Assembly (NCBI GenBank): GCA_965227295.1
Contig: OZ245742.1
Span: 5,376,001 to 5,440,000 of the forward strand
DNA length: 64,000 nucleotides
Origin: Leptonemataceae bacterium
GTDB taxonomy: Bacteria; Spirochaetota; Leptospiria; Leptospirales; Leptonemataceae
Direction of reading: 5' to 3'
The first letter of the stretch is position 1; every line of letters begins with the position of its first letter. The translations under genes were made by a program, and so were the position numbers. The notes below the pieces were generated by a model. That model was not told the DNA's origin. It was given only the letters and a program-made list of their open reading frames with translations, and ran no database searches. Of the stretch, positions 39,629-50,226 are shown piece after piece.

Positions 39629-41065
39629 ATGCGCCCCACCGAAATCCTACAGCGACTCCTCGAACGCGCACGTACAATTCCCGCCTGGATCGAAAAAAAA
39701 CTCTCCAGGTGGCGCCGCTATCCGGCCCGCGTGCACTATTTCTTCCGCCGCAGACTACCGGCCTATTTCCGCGTCCCGCCCGAGACGATCCTGCACGCGG
39801 CCGATCTGCCCATCGAGTTTCACGACGCCATTCCCCTCATCGAGCGTCCGGGCTATCGGCTACGCCTGCGATTTCTCGTGCGCAGCATTCCGGTCCGCTC
39901 GACGGTGGAACACGGCGATCCCCGCTCCGTACGCTGGGTTTTCCGACTGGATTCTCACGGTCCCCTGACCGCCGTCATCCTGCGATTCTTTCGCACGGCC
40001 ATCCGGCGGCGCCTCGAAGCGGTGAGCCGTCGCATCTTGCTCTATGCCTGGGCCGGGCTGAGCGACGCGGACAACGACGCGCATGATCTGACGGCCGCGG
40101 AGTACATCAGCGGTTCCGCCCTCCGGCGGCGCTACGCGGTCCTCGACCCGCGGCGATTTCCACTCCCCCTTGCGATTCCCGATCGCTGGTTCAGTGGGCG
40201 GGCCGTATTTCCCGGCCTCATTCCGAATCACGTGGCCGCACGAGAACATCGGCTGCACGACCGCCGGGCTCGCCGCGTACTGGTACTCCCCTTCTACACG
40301 ACTGCGGAGCAGTTGGAAACGATCCTGCCGCCGCCCTTTCTGCTGCGGGATCCGCGACGCGGGCGCCAGCGACAACGGCTCATCCTCCGGGTCTATCTGG
40401 ACGGCGGGGACGTCACGGAACAGGGCAGCAGCGTCGCACCCGGCCACGAACGCTGGATCTACTTCGAGCTCCTGGCCCCGGTGCGCATCGAGGGCGATCA
40501 CCTGCGCGGCCGCGGCTGGATGCCGGTGGTCGCCGGCCGGGTCCCCGTGGATCGCCCACGGCTCCCGTACGATCCCTGCACCGCCAGCTATCGCATCGTC
40601 CGGAACGGTTTTCATTTTTGCATCGGCGACCGCCGGCGACGCGTCGTGGCCGAGGCGCTGTACTACCCTCGCCGCGGCCTGAAGAAGGGCGATCGTCAGG
40701 CGGTGGGCGCAGGAGTTCCTACCCGCATCTTTCTGTACGATCCATTCACTCTGAGAATCGCAGTGATCGAAGAATTCTGGGACACACCGGTCAATCGCCA
40801 GTATGCCGTAGAGAACGCCCGGCGTAAGAGTTCCTACAGTGCGGACGCCGACAGATTTCCCCCGCCGATGGCCGATTATCTGGCCGGGAAACTGGGCATT
40901 CCGTTGCGGCCCGGGCGGTGGGGCTGGTTCCTTTCCTATGCAAATGTAGGAACTCTTACAAAAGCGCGCATCGACCCCCTGGACTGCCACTACCGCCACC
41001 TCGAACCCGAGGCGCCGGAGCTGGCAGACTTCGCTCAGAATCGAGGTGACAGGGCCGCGCCCTGA
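39629..41065 (+). CDS. Hypothetical Arg-rich protein
   Basis: Long ORF filling the space between fliN and the kinase gene; start placed at ATG 39629. Confidence 0.6.
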   Translation: MRPTEILQRLLERARTIPAWIEKKLSRWRRYPARVHYFFRRRLPAYFRVPPETILHAADLPIEFHDAIPLIERPGYRLRLRFLVRSIPVRSTVEHGDPRSVRWVFRLDSHGPLTAVILRFFRTAIRRRLEAVSRRILLYAWAGLSDADNDAHDLTAAEYISGSALRRRYAVLDPRRFPLPLAIPDRWFSGRAVFPGLIPNHVAAREHRLHDRRARRVLVLPFYTTAEQLETILPPPFLLRDPRRGRQRQRLILRVYLDGGDVTEQGSSVAPGHERWIYFELLAPVRIEGDHLRGRGWMPVVAGRVPVDRPRLPYDPCTASYRIVRNGFHFCIGDRRRRVVAEALYYPRRGLKKGDRQAVGAGVPTRIFLYDPFTLRIAVIEEFWDTPVNRQYAVENARRKSSYSADADRFPPPMADYLAGKLGIPLRPGRWGWFLSYANVGTLTKARIDPLDCHYRHLEPEAPELADFAQNRGDRAAP

Positions 41066-41116
41066 AAAAGTCTGGTCCCGCAGGTTCCGACGGCGGTTGG
41101 TGCCGGGAGGAATGCG

Positions 41117-42424
41117 ATGGCCGGACTCTTCGAAAACATCGAGAGCGCCGTTAAGGGCGCCATCCGCGTGGGCCAGACCACCGGCACGCTGGCGCGCACC
41201 GGTCTCGGCTGGCTCATGGGCGACCGTCCTCCGGTGCCGGCCTTACTCCGCCGCACCTTCGAAGAACTCGGTGCCACCTACATCAAGCTCGGCCAGTTCA
41301 TTGCCAGCAGCCCGTCCCTCTTTCCGGCGGAGTACGTCGAGGAATTCCAGAAGTGCCTGGATCAAACGGAGCCCCTGCCTTACAGCACCATCCGCGGCAT
41401 TCTGAAAAAAGAACTCGGGGATATCGACACCATCTTCGAGCACATTGAAGAAAGGCCTCTCGCGTCCGCGTCCATCGCCCAGGTGCACGCCGCGCGCCTG
41501 AAAACCGGCCAGGACGTCGTCCTGAAAGTACAAAAACCCGGCGTCTCGGATGTTCTGCTTACGGACCTTAACTTTCTCTACGTGCAGGCTAAGGTTCTCG
41601 AATTCTTCGCCCCGGGATTCGCGCGCACGTCACTCTCCGCCATCATCACCGACATCCAGAAGACCATGCTGGAAGAGTGCGACTTCCTGAACGAGGCGCG
41701 GAACATCAAGGCCTTCCAGGAATTTCTCGACCGCACCGGCATCACCGAGGCCGTGGCGCCGCGGGTCTACGAACAGTACACCACCCTGCGCGTGCTTACC
41801 ATGGAACGTTTCTACGGCGTCTCGCTCACGGACCTGGAAAGCATCCGCAAGTATACGAAACATCCGGAACGCACTCTGATCGCCGCGTTGAACACCTGGT
41901 TCGCCAGTCTCATGGACGGAGAATCCTTTCACGCGGACGTGCACGCCGGCAACCTCATGGTCCTGGAAGACGGCCGCGTGGGCTTCATCGACTTCGGCAT
42001 CGTCGGCCGCATTCGCAAAGAAACCTGGCTCGCCATGAATTCTCTGATGTCCGCCATGGGCACCGAAGACTACCGGCTTATGGCGGAGTCCCTGGTCGGC
42101 ATCGGCGCCACGGATGAAGAAGTGGACGTCGATCGCTTCGCGGCCGATTTAGGCGAGCTCTTCGAACGCCTGGAGAGCGCGAACCTGGGCCTGCCCGAGC
42201 CTGGCGCGCCGGAGTATACCCTGCCCGATCCTTCCGAGGTCAACGAACAGGAAATCAACCGCCTCATGATCGAGATGGTGGGAATCGGCGAGCGTCACGG
42301 CATTCGCTTTCCCCGGGAGTTCGCGTTGCTCATGAAGCAGTTCCTGTACTTCGATCGTTACATTCGCATTCTGGCTCCGGACATGAACATGTTCGAGGAT
42401 TCTCGCCTCAAGCGATTGAACTAA
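41117..42424 (+). CDS. AarF/UbiB/ABC1 atypical kinase
   Basis: YIKLGQ, ASASIAQVH, VVLKVQKP, FHADVHAGN, IDFG. Confidence 0.95.
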   Translation: MAGLFENIESAVKGAIRVGQTTGTLARTGLGWLMGDRPPVPALLRRTFEELGATYIKLGQFIASSPSLFPAEYVEEFQKCLDQTEPLPYSTIRGILKKELGDIDTIFEHIEERPLASASIAQVHAARLKTGQDVVLKVQKPGVSDVLLTDLNFLYVQAKVLEFFAPGFARTSLSAIITDIQKTMLEECDFLNEARNIKAFQEFLDRTGITEAVAPRVYEQYTTLRVLTMERFYGVSLTDLESIRKYTKHPERTLIAALNTWFASLMDGESFHADVHAGNLMVLEDGRVGFIDFGIVGRIRKETWLAMNSLMSAMGTEDYRLMAESLVGIGATDEEVDVDRFAADLGELFERLESANLGLPEPGAPEYTLPDPSEVNEQEINRLMIEMVGIGERHGIRFPREFALLMKQFLYFDRYIRILAPDMNMFEDSRLKRLN

Positions 42425-42468
42425 CGGCGACAAAAAGCCGGTGCGACCGTTCCCCGTTCCCGAGTCGG

Positions 42469-43707
42469 CTACTTGTGATTGCGGATCTCGTTTAGAATGA
42501 GGGCGAGCTTCGCCCAATCCTGGGGCGTGGGCTGAACCTGCACCGTAAGTTCGCGGCAGTGCTTCTTTAAGCGGCCGTCTTCGTCCAGGCAGTGCGGGAG
42601 TTCCTCGTTCGCAAAGCCGCCGCCGATGGCCGAGGGAGCGGCGTCCGCGGTGTTCCAACCACGCGCCCGCAGATGCGGAGCGAGGCGTCCGGCCCAGAGA
42701 GCGTAGCCGCGCGCATTGATGTGCAAACGATCGCGGTACAGCTCCGCCCGGCCCACGTAACACGCACCAAACCAGCAATCGTTTTCGTTAATGTAAAGAT
42801 CATATAACTTAAGAAAGTCCACGTTCTCCTTTTGCGTGAGCTTCTCCAGGGCCGGCTGCTCATCATGGAGAAGCTCACTGATCAAACTCAGGCCGGACTT
42901 GTCCCGGGCGGTGGAGTTAATCCATGCCGCGTACTCGCGCGCTTCCGCGTTCTCGCCGTCATACTCCAGAATCTCCGGCCGATCAGCGCCGGTCCAATGC
43001 CGCCAGACGTTCCGTACCTGCTCGCTGTAAGCCGGCCCCGCGTCGGCCGTGGAACGGCCGCGCAGACTGGCTTCCAGGTCACAGCGATTCAGCGCGCCGA
43101 CGAAACAGCCGTCCTCCGGCGCCCCGGACACCGGTCCGGCCGAAACCACGGGAAGATTGCCCATGAACAACAATCGTCCGTCCGGGTCCAGGCCGCGCCT
43201 GGCGAGGCCCTTCTGTAGCAGTCGAATCAGACTGCGCCGGTTTTCCAGGGCCTGGCGCCGAATCGACGGAATCTTCCAGGGCATGAAGGCCGCCAGCGGA
43301 GCGTTGCGTAAATAGTCGTTCGTTCCTATCTCTAACACATAGCGAGATGCAGTTACGAAGTTCGGATCTCCGGCGCAACGCAGCACGTAGGCATAAACGT
43401 CACCGGTGGTCCAGCCGCCCACGGCCAGGTTCTGCAAACGCCACGAATCGTCGCCCGTCGCTTCCAGGAACGCCGGCCAGCCCCGGGGATGACCGTACTC
43501 CGGCCGCGCGACGTACTCGCCCAGGCTGTCGCCGAAGAACGTCATAGACGTCGCCGCATCATACTGCCCGCGTAGATCACAAAGGCCCCGTGCTCGATAC
43601 TCACGCGAACCGCCGGCGTCGGCTTTGAGTGGCAACGCAGGAGGATGCAAGCCGATGCACAGAATCAGGAGCAGCGTCGCGCAAACCCGGGACGGCCTAG
43701 AGTGCAT
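42469..43707 (-). CDS. Secreted SGNH/GDSL hydrolase
   Basis: FGDSLG, NLAVGG, IGTND, DRLHIN. Confidence 0.82.
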   Translation of the reverse strand: MHSRPSRVCATLLLILCIGLHPPALPLKADAGGSREYRARGLCDLRGQYDAATSMTFFGDSLGEYVARPEYGHPRGWPAFLEATGDDSWRLQNLAVGGWTTGDVYAYVLRCAGDPNFVTASRYVLEIGTNDYLRNAPLAAFMPWKIPSIRRQALENRRSLIRLLQKGLARRGLDPDGRLLFMGNLPVVSAGPVSGAPEDGCFVGALNRCDLEASLRGRSTADAGPAYSEQVRNVWRHWTGADRPEILEYDGENAEAREYAAWINSTARDKSGLSLISELLHDEQPALEKLTQKENVDFLKLYDLYINENDCWFGACYVGRAELYRDRLHINARGYALWAGRLAPHLRARGWNTADAAPSAIGGGFANEELPHCLDEDGRLKKHCRELTVQVQPTPQDWAKLALILNEIRNHK

Positions 43708-44335
43708 GCAGGAATCCCCGCACGGCCCGGCCGCGATGGCTGCGCGCGTCTTTGTCCGCGGCATTCAGCTCGGCAAAGGATGCGCCGACGTCTGCGTCAT
43801 AAAAGATAGGATCGTAGCCGAAACCGCCGCGGCCCCGCTCTTCGAAGAGGATGCGCCCTTCAGCCACGCCGTCGAACCACCAGAGCGTGGACAGACCCCG
43901 CAAATCCGGTAAATCATCCGGGAGGCGGAGGGCGAGTACGCAAACAAACCGTGCCGTGCGTTGTTCTTCCGGAACATGCCGCTCGTCCAGGTTCTTCAGC
44001 ACCAGGCGCCGGCGATCCGCGTCGTCCAGACCGGGCCCGCCGTATCTGGCGCTGCGCACGCCGGGTTCACCGCCCAGCGCGTCCACGACCAGACCGGAGT
44101 CGTCGGCCAGGGCCGGCATCTTCGCGGCACGACAGAAGGCCTCCGCTTTCAGCCTTGCGTTGCCGGAGAAGTCGTCGGCGGTTTCATCGACGTCGAGACT
44201 GAGGCCGAGATCCGCAGGAGCGCGCAGTGTAATGCCCTTGGGCTCCAGCAATCGCCGGAACTCGGCCAGCTTGTGCGCGTTGCCGGACGCCAGCAGCAAT
44301 TGATGTGTACGGAGGATATCGCCGAGTCGGCTCAT
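43697..44335 (-). CDS. rdgB: RdgB/HAM1 non-canonical purine NTP pyrophosphatase
   Basis: SGNAHK..E, ADDSGL, PGVRSARY, GFGYDPIF, SHRG. Confidence 0.95.
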   Translation of the reverse strand: MSRLGDILRTHQLLLASGNAHKLAEFRRLLEPKGITLRAPADLGLSLDVDETADDFSGNARLKAEAFCRAAKMPALADDSGLVVDALGGEPGVRSARYGGPGLDDADRRRLVLKNLDERHVPEEQRTARFVCVLALRLPDDLPDLRGLSTLWWFDGVAEGRILFEERGRGGFGYDPIFYDADVGASFAELNAADKDARSHRGRAVRGFLHAL

Positions 44336-44359
44336 GAGATATGCGAGGCCGGGTTGTAC

Positions 44360-44707
44360 TCAATCGCCGAAGGCCGAGACCGCGTCGTCCACGCCGGCAT
44401 GGATCGGGAAAACCTTGTCGACCATCGTGAGGCGCAGCAGGTCCAGAACGTCGCCGGGGACGACAACCAGGCGAATCTCACCGTCCATCTTCAGGATCTG
44501 CCGCTTGAGGGCGATGAGGGCGCCGAGGGCGGAAGAGCAGATGTAGCTGACGTTGCTGAGATCCAGCACAAAGCGGCGCTCGTCTCCCCCGCTGCGAATG
44601 AGGTCCTGCAGGGCTCGCTCCAGACCTTCCGTGTCAGCCATGCGAATGCGGCCGCCGAGCGTAAGCACGATGGTCTGCTCCTGTTTAAACTTTTTGCCGA
44701 GCTCCAT
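44360..44707 (-). CDS. STAS domain protein
   Basis: VLDLSNVSYICSSALG, LLRLT..DKVF. Confidence 0.88.
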   Translation of the reverse strand: MELGKKFKQEQTIVLTLGGRIRMADTEGLERALQDLIRSGGDERRFVLDLSNVSYICSSALGALIALKRQILKMDGEIRLVVVPGDVLDLLRLTMVDKVFPIHAGVDDAVSAFGD

Positions 44708-44733
44708 GGGTCCGTAAGGCTGGAGAGCCGCGT

Positions 44734-45438
44734 TCAGGCGGCTTCTTCCCTGATAAACAAACTCAGCAAAAATACCGCATGTGCGCCATTCTTTTTTAAC
44801 ATGCGGGATGCCTCGTTCGCCGTGGCCCCCGTGGTGAATACATCTTCCACGAGAAGCATCCGCCGGGGGATTTCCGGGAGGCCGCGGTACCGTAGACCGT
44901 TGTGGATCCCGAGAAAACGATCGTCGTGGCCGCGGCCGCTCTGTCGCAGGCTCCCATCGATTTTTACCAGATCCCCACCCCAGGGCAGGCCCAACCCGGC
45001 GCCGATGGATCGGGCGAGATCAGCGCAGGGTTGATAGTTCCGAAGATGGCGCGCCGAACGCCCCGAGGCGATGTAGACCACGCGCTCGGGGCCGAAATCC
45101 CGTAACTCAGGCGCAAGTGTGTCCAGAATCGTCGTGCGAAACATGCGAAACAGCCGACGATCGTTCTCGAACTTCCAGCAGTGGAGGACCTCCCGCCACT
45201 CTCGATTTAGCCGGAAGAGGCTTCGATGCGCGTCAAAATAGATGCGCCGCCCCGAGCAGATCATGCAGCAGTGATCGGCGGCCAGAATCGAAAAACACCT
45301 GCGGCAGCGGCCGTGACCGGAAAGCCGCGCGGCCTCCAGCGTACCACGGCACCCAGGGCAGCATCCGTTTTCTTCCGGAAAGACCTCCCGCTCACAGCAG
45401 GGGCAGGTTGCGGGACTCAGAAATCGTAGAACAGGCAT
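44734..45438 (-). CDS. comF: ComF family protein
   Basis: N-terminal Cys clusters; LVEDVFTTGATANE PRPP-binding motif. Confidence 0.85.
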   Translation of the reverse strand: MPVLRFLSPATCPCCEREVFPEENGCCPGCRGTLEAARLSGHGRCRRCFSILAADHCCMICSGRRIYFDAHRSLFRLNREWREVLHCWKFENDRRLFRMFRTTILDTLAPELRDFGPERVVYIASGRSARHLRNYQPCADLARSIGAGLGLPWGGDLVKIDGSLRQSGRGHDDRFLGIHNGLRYRGLPEIPRRMLLVEDVFTTGATANEASRMLKKNGAHAVFLLSLFIREEAA

Positions 45439-45474
45439 ATCCGAAGAGGTAGGCCGATGCCACGGTCGTTGCAC

Positions 45475-45509
45475 AAAAAAACCGGCAGGGAAAACGCCTG
45501 CCGGTTTTT
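45475..45509 (-). terminator. Rho-independent (bidirectional-type) terminator
   Basis: AAAAACCGGCAGG-GAAAACG-CCTGCCGGTTTTT downstream of the OmpL47-like gene. Confidence 0.85.
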
Positions 45510-45555
45510 GCCTCCAGTCACCACGAGGGGACCTGAGAAATCTGTTGCCGTTCGA

Positions 45556-46593
45556 TTACTCGACCGAGGTCTTAAGTTCGGTGATCGGCGGGTTGTCGTC
45601 CACAATGAACGAGGCTTTAACGATTTCGCTCTCGTTGCCCACGGCGTCGATCGCCTTCGCTTCGATGGAATGCTCTTGCTCCGTGTCGAAGAAAATGGTG
45701 TCGCTGTAGGTCTGCCACTCTTCGTTGCCATCGATGCGAACCATGATCATGGTGATGCCGGATCCCTGATCCTGAGCGTCCACCTTGAAGCCGGTGTTCC
45801 GACGGGCGTAGAGCTTGTCGTCGACTTTGATCAGCGGCTGAGTGGGCTTCACTTCTACAGTGGGCTTGTCCGCGTCCACTTCGACCAGCATGCTGCCTAC
45901 CGTGCGGTTTTCGAGGTTATCGATGGCGCGGTATTGAATGAGCTGGCTGCCTTCGTCCGTAAGCTGAACGCTCTCGTTCTGGCCGTAGCCGCCCAGAGCG
46001 GAGGTGTTCACGCCGTACTCTACTTTCTTGATGCCTGAAAGTTCGTCTACCGTGCGAATGGTGAACGTGTTTCCCGGAGCGGTAAAGAGCTTGCCGTCGA
46101 CATTCACGAACGGTTTGCCCGGCAGAACCCGAACCGACGGCCCGGTGTTGTCGATCGTCACGTTGTATACGCGCTCGACCTCGCGGTTTCCGGCACGGTC
46201 CACCGAACGATAGACGATGGTGTGCGGCCCCTCTTCCGAAATGCTGAACGGGCCTTTGTACTTCAGAAAGTCCCGGGCATCGTCCATCTTGTATTCGATG
46301 AACTCCACGTCCGAAAGGTCGTCCCGGGCTTCCAGGATGAACTTCACGCGAGAGTTTGCGTAGATGTTCCCGTTTTTATCTTTCCAGATAACACCGGTGC
46401 CCTCGTCTTCCGACATCGTTTCGGCCGGCTCTTCGTCCGTGCCCATCTCTTCAGCACCGGGCTCTTCACCGGGGGAAAGGGACTCTTCCTCCGCTCCCGA
46501 GTCTCCCGTGGTAGCCTCTTCTTCTTGCGCCAGCGCGGGGTTGAGCAGAGATACGAATAGTATAATAGTACCAAAAATCCAGAGTCGCTTCAT
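45556..46593 (-). CDS. OmpL47-like exported protein with three Ig-like repeats
   Basis: Signal peptide, acidic linker and three repeats of the A.D..S......Y...G.H.I.YRxxD..GN.E type. Confidence 0.8.
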   Translation of the reverse strand: MKRLWIFGTIILFVSLLNPALAQEEEATTGDSGAEEESLSPGEEPGAEEMGTDEEPAETMSEDEGTGVIWKDKNGNIYANSRVKFILEARDDLSDVEFIEYKMDDARDFLKYKGPFSISEEGPHTIVYRSVDRAGNREVERVYNVTIDNTGPSVRVLPGKPFVNVDGKLFTAPGNTFTIRTVDELSGIKKVEYGVNTSALGGYGQNESVQLTDEGSQLIQYRAIDNLENRTVGSMLVEVDADKPTVEVKPTQPLIKVDDKLYARRNTGFKVDAQDQGSGITMIMVRIDGNEEWQTYSDTIFFDTEQEHSIEAKAIDAVGNESEIVKASFIVDDNPPITELKTSVE

Positions 46594-46679
46594 CCAATCC
46601 TCCTGTTTCCCCCACATCTACCGGTAAGAACAACCGTGTCAAGTCTGTAAGAAAAATATTTTTGGCCGATAGATAATGT

Positions 46680-47348
46680 ATGCGATTCGCCGGAAAAAAA
46701 ACGGCTTTGGTCATGATTGCCTGTTGCTGCTTCGGCACCCCGGCCTCAAGCTTTGGTCAGGCCCCGGAGGCCCCCCGTGTCGAGCGGTCCATCGTCCTCG
46801 AACAATTTGAACGTGTCGACGATTCGGTGGGCCCGGGTTCCGAATCCCACGGCTGGCACGTGCGCAGCCGGCAATTGGACGGCGGTACCGCCATCGTACG
46901 CACGGATGACCTGGAGCCGCCGCCCCTGGCAGACAACGATCGCTACCTGAGCGTACGCTTTCGTGCGCCGGTCCCCGCCGGCTTTCGCATCGATGCGCGC
47001 GAGGCAGTCCGCATCCCGGGATACCTGCGGCGTCTTGAGGTATGGGTGCAGGGCCAGGGCCAGGGCGATGAATTTTATGCGGACCTCATCGATGCCGACG
47101 GCCGACACCATCGGTTGTTTGCGGCGACACTGAGCTTCGCCGGATGGCGGCGCCTGGAAATCGTTCCGCCACCCGAGTTTGCCCGCCGCTCGAGCGACGG
47201 CAGAGTCGGCGTGTTTTTTCGTGGCTTTTCCATTCGCCCTCGCCAGTCTGGCGGCGACAGCTATGCGATTCGCCTCGGCCTGGATCAGGTAACGGCAATC
47301 GTACGCGATTATGATCGCCGGCCCGCATCACCCCCATGGGAGATCTGA
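46680..47348 (+). CDS. FlaA-like (flagellar filament outer layer) domain protein
   Basis: LEQFE, IPG...LEVWV.G, L.DADG, LSFAGWRRL. Confidence 0.65.
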   Translation: MRFAGKKTALVMIACCCFGTPASSFGQAPEAPRVERSIVLEQFERVDDSVGPGSESHGWHVRSRQLDGGTAIVRTDDLEPPPLADNDRYLSVRFRAPVPAGFRIDAREAVRIPGYLRRLEVWVQGQGQGDEFYADLIDADGRHHRLFAATLSFAGWRRLEIVPPPEFARRSSDGRVGVFFRGFSIRPRQSGGDSYAIRLGLDQVTAIVRDYDRRPASPPWEI

Positions 47349-47353
47349 ACTCT

Positions 47354-48088
47354 ATGCAACATTGCTACTTTCGCGCGGCGTTCCTGACAACGCTCCTCGT
47401 ACTCCACACGGCTTGCGGCCCGGGCGGTCGTCCGTTTGCAGTCTTCCAGTTCGTGACGGGTGAGGTCTACGTGCTCCCCGGCGGATCAGAAGAGAATCAA
47501 CGCCGGGCAAAGATCGGGAGCGGGGCTGACGCCGTAGATTCGGTGAAGACCCTGGCGGCCTCAGCTGCGGAACTGGACGTCCTCGGCATCGGCACGGTCC
47601 GGGTCGGCGAAGAGTCCCTGCTCCGCCTCGCGGAACTGGACGGCGGGCGCACGATTCAGATTCGCGTCGAATCCGGCAAGGCGGGTTTTGTTATTAAGAA
47701 GATGCAGCGCAACTCCGAGTTTCGCGTCTCTACGCCGACAACCACGGCCAGCGTCCGGGGCACCAAGTTTCTCGCGGGCATCTACGAAGGCGATGAGACC
47801 GGCGGCGCCGAACGATCAAAGATCGCCATGTTCGACGGCGCGCTGGAGCTGAGTGATGCGGCCGGCCACACACTGTATCTGGACGGTCCGGGTGAAGTCA
47901 GCCTGCGCGCCAACCAGCAACTTGACGAAGTCACAGTGGAACCGCTGAGCGAGGAGTCCATCGCCGAAATGAAAGCACTGGAGGAGATGACCTCCCCGGG
48001 AGGCGTCTCCGTTCCGGAGCCGGACATGATCCCGCGCTCCGATTCCGGCGTGGCTCCCTCCGGCGATCAGCTCAAGCTTCCGGAGTAA
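47354..48088 (+). CDS. FecR-domain lipoprotein (LipL45-like)
   Basis: Lipobox [25 protein letters not shown]. Confidence 0.82.
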   Translation: MQHCYFRAAFLTTLLVLHTACGPGGRPFAVFQFVTGEVYVLPGGSEENQRRAKIGSGADAVDSVKTLAASAAELDVLGIGTVRVGEESLLRLAELDGGRTIQIRVESGKAGFVIKKMQRNSEFRVSTPTTTASVRGTKFLAGIYEGDETGGAERSKIAMFDGALELSDAAGHTLYLDGPGEVSLRANQQLDEVTVEPLSEESIAEMKALEEMTSPGGVSVPEPDMIPRSDSGVAPSGDQLKLPE

Positions 48089-48090
48089 AT

Positions 48091-50226
48091 GTGGCCTTCT
48101 TCCGCACTCTGCGCGTCATGATCGGCCGGGAACTCCGCCAGGCCCCGGTAGCCTACGCCATCCTGCTGGGCTGCCTGGCGATTTCCCTGGCGGTATGGCA
48201 GGTCTGGCTGGACCTCGAAATGCGCGAAGCCCGCGGACGTTTTTCGGCACGCATTCAAATCGAGCGCGAAACGGTGCAGCTTCGCCTGCGCTCCTTTCTC
48301 GAAAACCTGCGCGCCCTGCGTAGCTTCGTAGCCGAGGCTTCCAATCTCAACGAACGGCGCTGGCGTTCCTTCATTGAGGACCTGGAGCTCTTCTCTCGTT
48401 TTACCGGCGTCGACGCCGTCTACTACGCCGTCCCCCACGAAAACAACGTAAGCATTCGCTGGCTGGACGGTGGCGTTACCCCGGCTGTCGCCCGTGCGGA
48501 ACCACTCTCCCCGAAATGTGAGGCGGCGCGTCGCAAAGCCTTCGAGCGGTCGGCGCGATTGAATCTGCCCTCCGTCTACTGTGCCGATTCCACGATGACC
48601 GATGCGGATGAGGAGCGGCGAGGTTCCGATCTGCTCGAGGCCGCGTTGCCGCACTTCAACCGTAGCGGCAACGTCCGCGGCTTCGTGGTCGTCCGCTTTC
48701 ATTTCGCAGGTTTGCTGGAGGGCCTCTTCGAAGAGCAGATCCGTCACTCGGTCACGTCCACGAACTTTGAACGGGACGGCTACGTCGAGGTCGTAAGCGT
48801 GGATCTGGGCGGGGAAATGCGAAACGTCTACTTTTCGGTACCGGCGGACTCCGCGTACGCCGTTCCGGTGGCGAGCAACGCGAATCTCTTTCTGGCGAGC
48901 GGAGTGATCATCAGCCTGCTGCTCTTCGGCGTGGTGCGTTCCCTGTCCGTGGCGCGGGAGCGCGCCGTCTCCATCGCCCGGGGGATGACCGCCGAACTTC
49001 GCGAGGCCCGGGACAACGCCGACCGCGCGAACCTGGCAAAGAGTGAGTTTCTCGCGCGCATGAGCCATGAGATTCGCACGCCACTGAACGCCATCATCGG
49101 CATGTCCGATCTCATGAGCGATACGCCGCTCACCGAGGAACAGCAGAAGTACGTGCGCACATTCCGCCACTCCGGAGAAACCCTGCTGCACATCATCAAC
49201 GACATCCTGGATCTTTCAAAGATTGAGTCGGGACGGCTGGTTCTGGAGAACCTGCCGTTTGATCCACGCGAGTCAGTGGAGGCTACCGTGGACGTCTTCC
49301 GGGCTTCCGCGGAACAGCGGGGCATCGAACTGCTGGCCGAGTTCGATGGGGAAATCCCGGCCGCGGTGAGCGGCGATCCGGTCCGGCTGAAGCAGGTCCT
49401 GTGGAACCTGACGGGCAATGCCCTGAAGTTCACGCGGGAGGGGCGCGTCATTGTGCGGCTGCGCAGGCTGCCGTCCGGAGGCGACGGCTCTGCGATCCCG
49501 GATGAGCAGGCGAATCAAACCGCCCTGCTGGACCTGGAGGTGGAGGACACCGGCATCGGCATCCCGGCGGATCGATTGCAGTCCGTATTCGAAGACTTCT
49601 CCCAGGTGGACTCGTCCATCTCCCGGCGCTTCGGCGGAACCGGCCTCGGCCTGGCGATCTGCCGGCGCCTCGCCGAACTCATGGGCGGCAGCATCACCGT
49701 GGAGAGCGAACCCGGTGTGGGCAGCCTGTTTCGTGTGCGCGCTCCCTTTGCCGTCGCGGAACATATCGCGGCCGAGGGGCCGGCCGAATCCACGCCCGCG
49801 GCCAATGCGGTCGCCACGCCGGAGGGCGGACGCCCGGGGCGCATCCTGGTCGTCGAAGATACCGAGGCAAACCGCATGCTGGTGGAGGCCTTCCTGAAAC
49901 GCCGACCGGTGCAGTTGGACTTCGCCGCTGACGGTGAGATCGGCGTCCGCCTCTTTCGGGATGTCCGCTACGATCTGGTCCTGATGGACCTGGAAATGCC
50001 CCATCTGGATGGGTACGGGGCCACACGCAAGATGCGTGAGTGGGAACAATCCCAGGGCCTGCAGCCGATTCCCATCATCGCACTGACGGCCCACGCCATG
50101 CAGGAGTACGTGGAACGCAGCCGGGAAGCCGGCTGTAGCGATTACTTAACGAAGCCTCTGCGTAAACAGACGCTCATCGAAACCTTAGAGAGTTACGGAT
50201 TGTTACCGACAGGCGGGAATGTTTAG
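48091..50226 (+). CDS. Hybrid sensor kinase (CHASE-like, HisKA, HATPase, REC)
   Basis: [43 protein letters not shown]. Confidence 0.95.
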   Translation: MAFFRTLRVMIGRELRQAPVAYAILLGCLAISLAVWQVWLDLEMREARGRFSARIQIERETVQLRLRSFLENLRALRSFVAEASNLNERRWRSFIEDLELFSRFTGVDAVYYAVPHENNVSIRWLDGGVTPAVARAEPLSPKCEAARRKAFERSARLNLPSVYCADSTMTDADEERRGSDLLEAALPHFNRSGNVRGFVVVRFHFAGLLEGLFEEQIRHSVTSTNFERDGYVEVVSVDLGGEMRNVYFSVPADSAYAVPVASNANLFLASGVIISLLLFGVVRSLSVARERAVSIARGMTAELREARDNADRANLAKSEFLARMSHEIRTPLNAIIGMSDLMSDTPLTEEQQKYVRTFRHSGETLLHIINDILDLSKIESGRLVLENLPFDPRESVEATVDVFRASAEQRGIELLAEFDGEIPAAVSGDPVRLKQVLWNLTGNALKFTREGRVIVRLRRLPSGGDGSAIPDEQANQTALLDLEVEDTGIGIPADRLQSVFEDFSQVDSSISRRFGGTGLGLAICRRLAELMGGSITVESEPGVGSLFRVRAPFAVAEHIAAEGPAESTPAANAVATPEGGRPGRILVVEDTEANRMLVEAFLKRRPVQLDFAADGEIGVRLFRDVRYDLVLMDLEMPHLDGYGATRKMREWEQSQGLQPIPIIALTAHAMQEYVERSREAGCSDYLTKPLRKQTLIETLESYGLLPTGGNV

